Shown: positions 62,413 to 64,000 of the stretch, piece after piece
Layout of the letters: each line of letters opens with the position of its first letter
Position numbering within the stretch: the stretch's first letter is position 1
DNA from: an uncultured beta proteobacterium
Lineage (GTDB): Bacteria; Pseudomonadota; Gammaproteobacteria; Burkholderiales; SG8-39
Direction of reading: 5' to 3'
DNA: 64,000 nt
Assembly (NCBI GenBank): GCA_963827595.1
Contig: CAWHBT010000017.1
Coordinates: 14,196-78,195 of the forward strand
Program-made: the position numbers and the translations under genes
The notes under the pieces: generated by a model
What the model was told of the DNA's origin: nothing
Databases searched by the model: none
Seen by the model: only the letters and a program-made list of their open reading frames with translations

Positions 62413-62430
62413 ATTATAACGATGTTATAA
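62413..62430 (-). promoter_or_regulatory. TATAAT -10 box embedded in the palindrome TTATAAC-GAT-GTTATAA upstream of the AbrB-type gene
   Basis: The minus strand reads GGTTATAACATCGTTATAATTC. The 7+3+7 inverted repeat (62414-62430) overlaps TATAAT (62413-62418), 17 nt before the ATG. Confidence 0.45.
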
Positions 62431-62490
62431 CCCTGCGGTCGAGCGCCGAGCCCGCGATGCCCGCGCGGCCGATCCAGAGCCTGTCCCGGC

Positions 62491-62630
62491 ACAAGGCCGA
62501 AAGCGAGCCCGAGCAGGCGTCCGCGATCAATGGGACGGCGCCGCGCGTCCTGGCCGAGGAAGCAAGGAGGCTCGGCGCGATCCTGGTGCCCTGGGACGAG
62601 GCGCTCGACGGCGCCATGGCCGAGCTGTAG
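62491..62630 (+). pseudogene. rfbD remnant (diverged second copy with a large internal deletion)
   Basis: 62491-62588 aligns to rfbD 60707-60804 with about 6 mismatches. 62589-62626 aligns to rfbD 61349-61386 with 1 mismatch. It encodes ...KAESEPEQASAINGTAPRVLAEEARRLGAILV/PWDEALDGAMAEL*. Confidence 0.75.
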
Positions 62631-62644
62631 CTCGCCGAGGGGCC

Positions 62645-63850
62645 TCAGCGGAGCCCGGGGGGCAGGAGCGCGCCGAATGTCTTCGCAGCGCTCGGATGGG
62701 CGCGCAGATACGCTGCGCGCTGCTCCTCGAACCAGGCCCGCCGCGCTGCGAGCGTTTCCGTGGTTACCCGGTAGCCTAGCCCGTCGAACCCGCTCGCGGT
62801 GATCGGGACGGCACCGAAGATCCAGTCGAGCATTGCGTTCCCGAGCTCGTAGTTGAAATGCTCGGGGTCCTGCCAGTAGGTCATCAGGCCGCTCGCAACG
62901 GCTTCGGTGGTATAGGCGCTGTAGCCTTGGAAGTCCCAGAGCTCGATCGAAGCCGGCGGCGCCGGAGGGTGAGTCTCGAGACGTTGCGCGATCTGCCACA
63001 ACGCCTGCCATCGCGCTTCGGCCCGTCCGCAGAGGTAGTCGGTCTCGACGCGCAAGGCGTGCTGCGGATAGACCACGAGTTTGAGCGTGACGTCGCGACC
63101 CGAGATGGCGGTCACGATGCGATCCAAGCCGTCCAAGTCGATCGGCCCGCCAGCGGACGGGGCAGACCAGGCCAGTGTCGCACGGGAACGCTCCAGGTTC
63201 TCTTTCCGGCACGCCGGGTTGCCGGGGAGTTGAGCACCGAAATACTGGCGGAAGCGCCGCTCCACGCCGGGGTCGAATCGCGTGTAGAAGTACAAGCCCT
63301 CGCGCGTGTGGCTTGGCCGCGGCTCGGTCCGCTGTCGGGTCACGGTCTGGACCGACGCCCCGAGCGCGGGCGCGGACAGAAGCATCGCCGCCCATGGCAC
63401 CTCCTTCATCCCGGCGAGCTCCGCGGTGCAATCGAAGGCCGGGAGCGCGCCGGCATGGATGCCGAGCACGATGCGCCTTGCCTTGGTCGTTGACAGCACG
63501 AACTCGAGCGCGCAGAAATTCAGCTGCCAGGGCGCCCCCGCCAGCGCAAAGTTGAAGCTTCTCGCGCGTCCGCCATCGGTCAGCCGGGGATGCAGCGGGT
63601 CGAAGCCGACCTCCGCGAAGGAGCTGCCGAGGATCACCGCTTCGGGCTGCTCGCGCACCAGGAGCGCCGGTTTCACGTTGCGCTCGAAGCGGCGGAAGCT
63701 CGACTTCACCGCGTTGAAGCCCGCAATCTCCACGTCGCGAAAGTACCAGAACGGATCGACGACCCGATTGAAAGCAGCCATCAGCAGCATCAGCGCGATC
63801 GTGGTCCCGAGCAGCCAGATCACGTAGCGGCGATAGACGGCGTCGGGCAT
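62645..63850 (-). CDS. membrane-anchored DltD/AlgJ-like protein (probable partner of the upstream MBOAT acyltransferase)
   Basis: N-terminal TM helix, a VILGSSFAEVG block (GSS, DltD-like) and a C-terminal WQDPEHFNYELG block. The start codon lies 1 nt after the MBOAT stop. Confidence 0.5.
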   Translation of the reverse strand: MPDAVYRRYVIWLLGTTIALMLLMAAFNRVVDPFWYFRDVEIAGFNAVKSSFRRFERNVKPALLVREQPEAVILGSSFAEVGFDPLHPRLTDGGRARSFNFALAGAPWQLNFCALEFVLSTTKARRIVLGIHAGALPAFDCTAELAGMKEVPWAAMLLSAPALGASVQTVTRQRTEPRPSHTREGLYFYTRFDPGVERRFRQYFGAQLPGNPACRKENLERSRATLAWSAPSAGGPIDLDGLDRIVTAISGRDVTLKLVVYPQHALRVETDYLCGRAEARWQALWQIAQRLETHPPAPPASIELWDFQGYSAYTTEAVASGLMTYWQDPEHFNYELGNAMLDWIFGAVPITASGFDGLGYRVTTETLAARRAWFEEQRAAYLRAHPSAAKTFGALLPPGLR

Positions 63851-63851
63851 G

Positions 63852-64000
63852 TCAGAACTGGAAGTAGATGAACTCGCTGAACCCGGTCGACATATAGAGC
63901 AGGGCCAATACCGCCACCACGACTCCGAACGCGGTCCATGCCGGCGTCGGCTCCCAGCGGAGCCGGCTCGGGCGCGCCGCCGGATCGCGTCGGTAGTCGA
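63852..64000 (-). CDS. MBOAT-family O-acyltransferase (AlgI/DltB-like), C-terminal fragment (5' end outside the window)
   Basis: The frame is open to the window edge and ends ...LLYMSTGFSEFIYFQF*, the characteristic MBOAT C-terminus. Confidence 0.6.
   Translation of the reverse strand, partial: DYRRDPAARPSRLRWEPTPAWTAFGVVVAVLALLYMSTGFSEFIYFQF

Overview
This is a 64-kb chromosomal segment from a very G+C-rich proteobacterium (G+C judged by eye, not computed). Gene content and order look betaproteobacterial and Burkholderiales-like, but that is inference only. The supporting synteny is aceE-aceF-lpdA with a lipoyl-domain E3, glnA-DUF4124-ntrB-ntrC, a pcm-like/rhodanese/tolC/waaA/waaC block, rfbBACD and the DUF4124 proteins.

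Most of the roughly 60 genes are housekeeping:
- An ABC-2 exporter, rsmE, argA, a yggX-like gene, phoU and rpiA.
- The pyruvate dehydrogenase complex, folD, prlC, xthA and malate synthase.
- The ntrBC-glnA nitrogen module, with a recognisable sigma-54 promoter and NtrC sites.
- thiC behind a TPP riboswitch.
- A TetR-controlled RND efflux operon, plus tolC, waaA/waaC and dTDP-rhamnose synthesis.

The non-core or unusual parts are:
1. A lower-GC islet of about 4.5 kb (about 19.4-24.0 kb). It lies next to a degenerate tRNA-like element and carries three unrecognisable small ORFs. It also carries a tightly coupled pair: a double-zinc-ribbon membrane protein and an orphan TAXI-type solute-binding protein. 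Both proteins end in the same C-x9-C '...LGLC' motif.
2. An outer-membrane beta-barrel gene inserted between the alpha and beta genes of a split TPP-dependent decarboxylase. The insert is bracketed by 49-bp imperfect direct repeats of the alpha/beta gene junction.
3. An AbrB/MazE-type plus DUF6036-type nucleotidyltransferase toxin-antitoxin-like pair. It is wedged between rfbD and a diverged, internally deleted second rfbD copy.
4. An extra lipoprotein gene translationally coupled inside the rfb operon.
5. At least eight single-nucleotide frameshifts in otherwise intact conserved genes: ggt-like, uppP, DUF480/yceH-like, the decarboxylase beta subunit, the RND adaptor, the RND pump, pcm-like and waaA. 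A ninth is suspected at the RND pump/SRPBCC junction. These most likely reflect consensus indel errors, but they would be remarkable if real.

I saw no rRNA, CRISPR array, transposase or integrase. Many long ORFs in the track are antisense or out-of-frame artefacts of the high G+C content.
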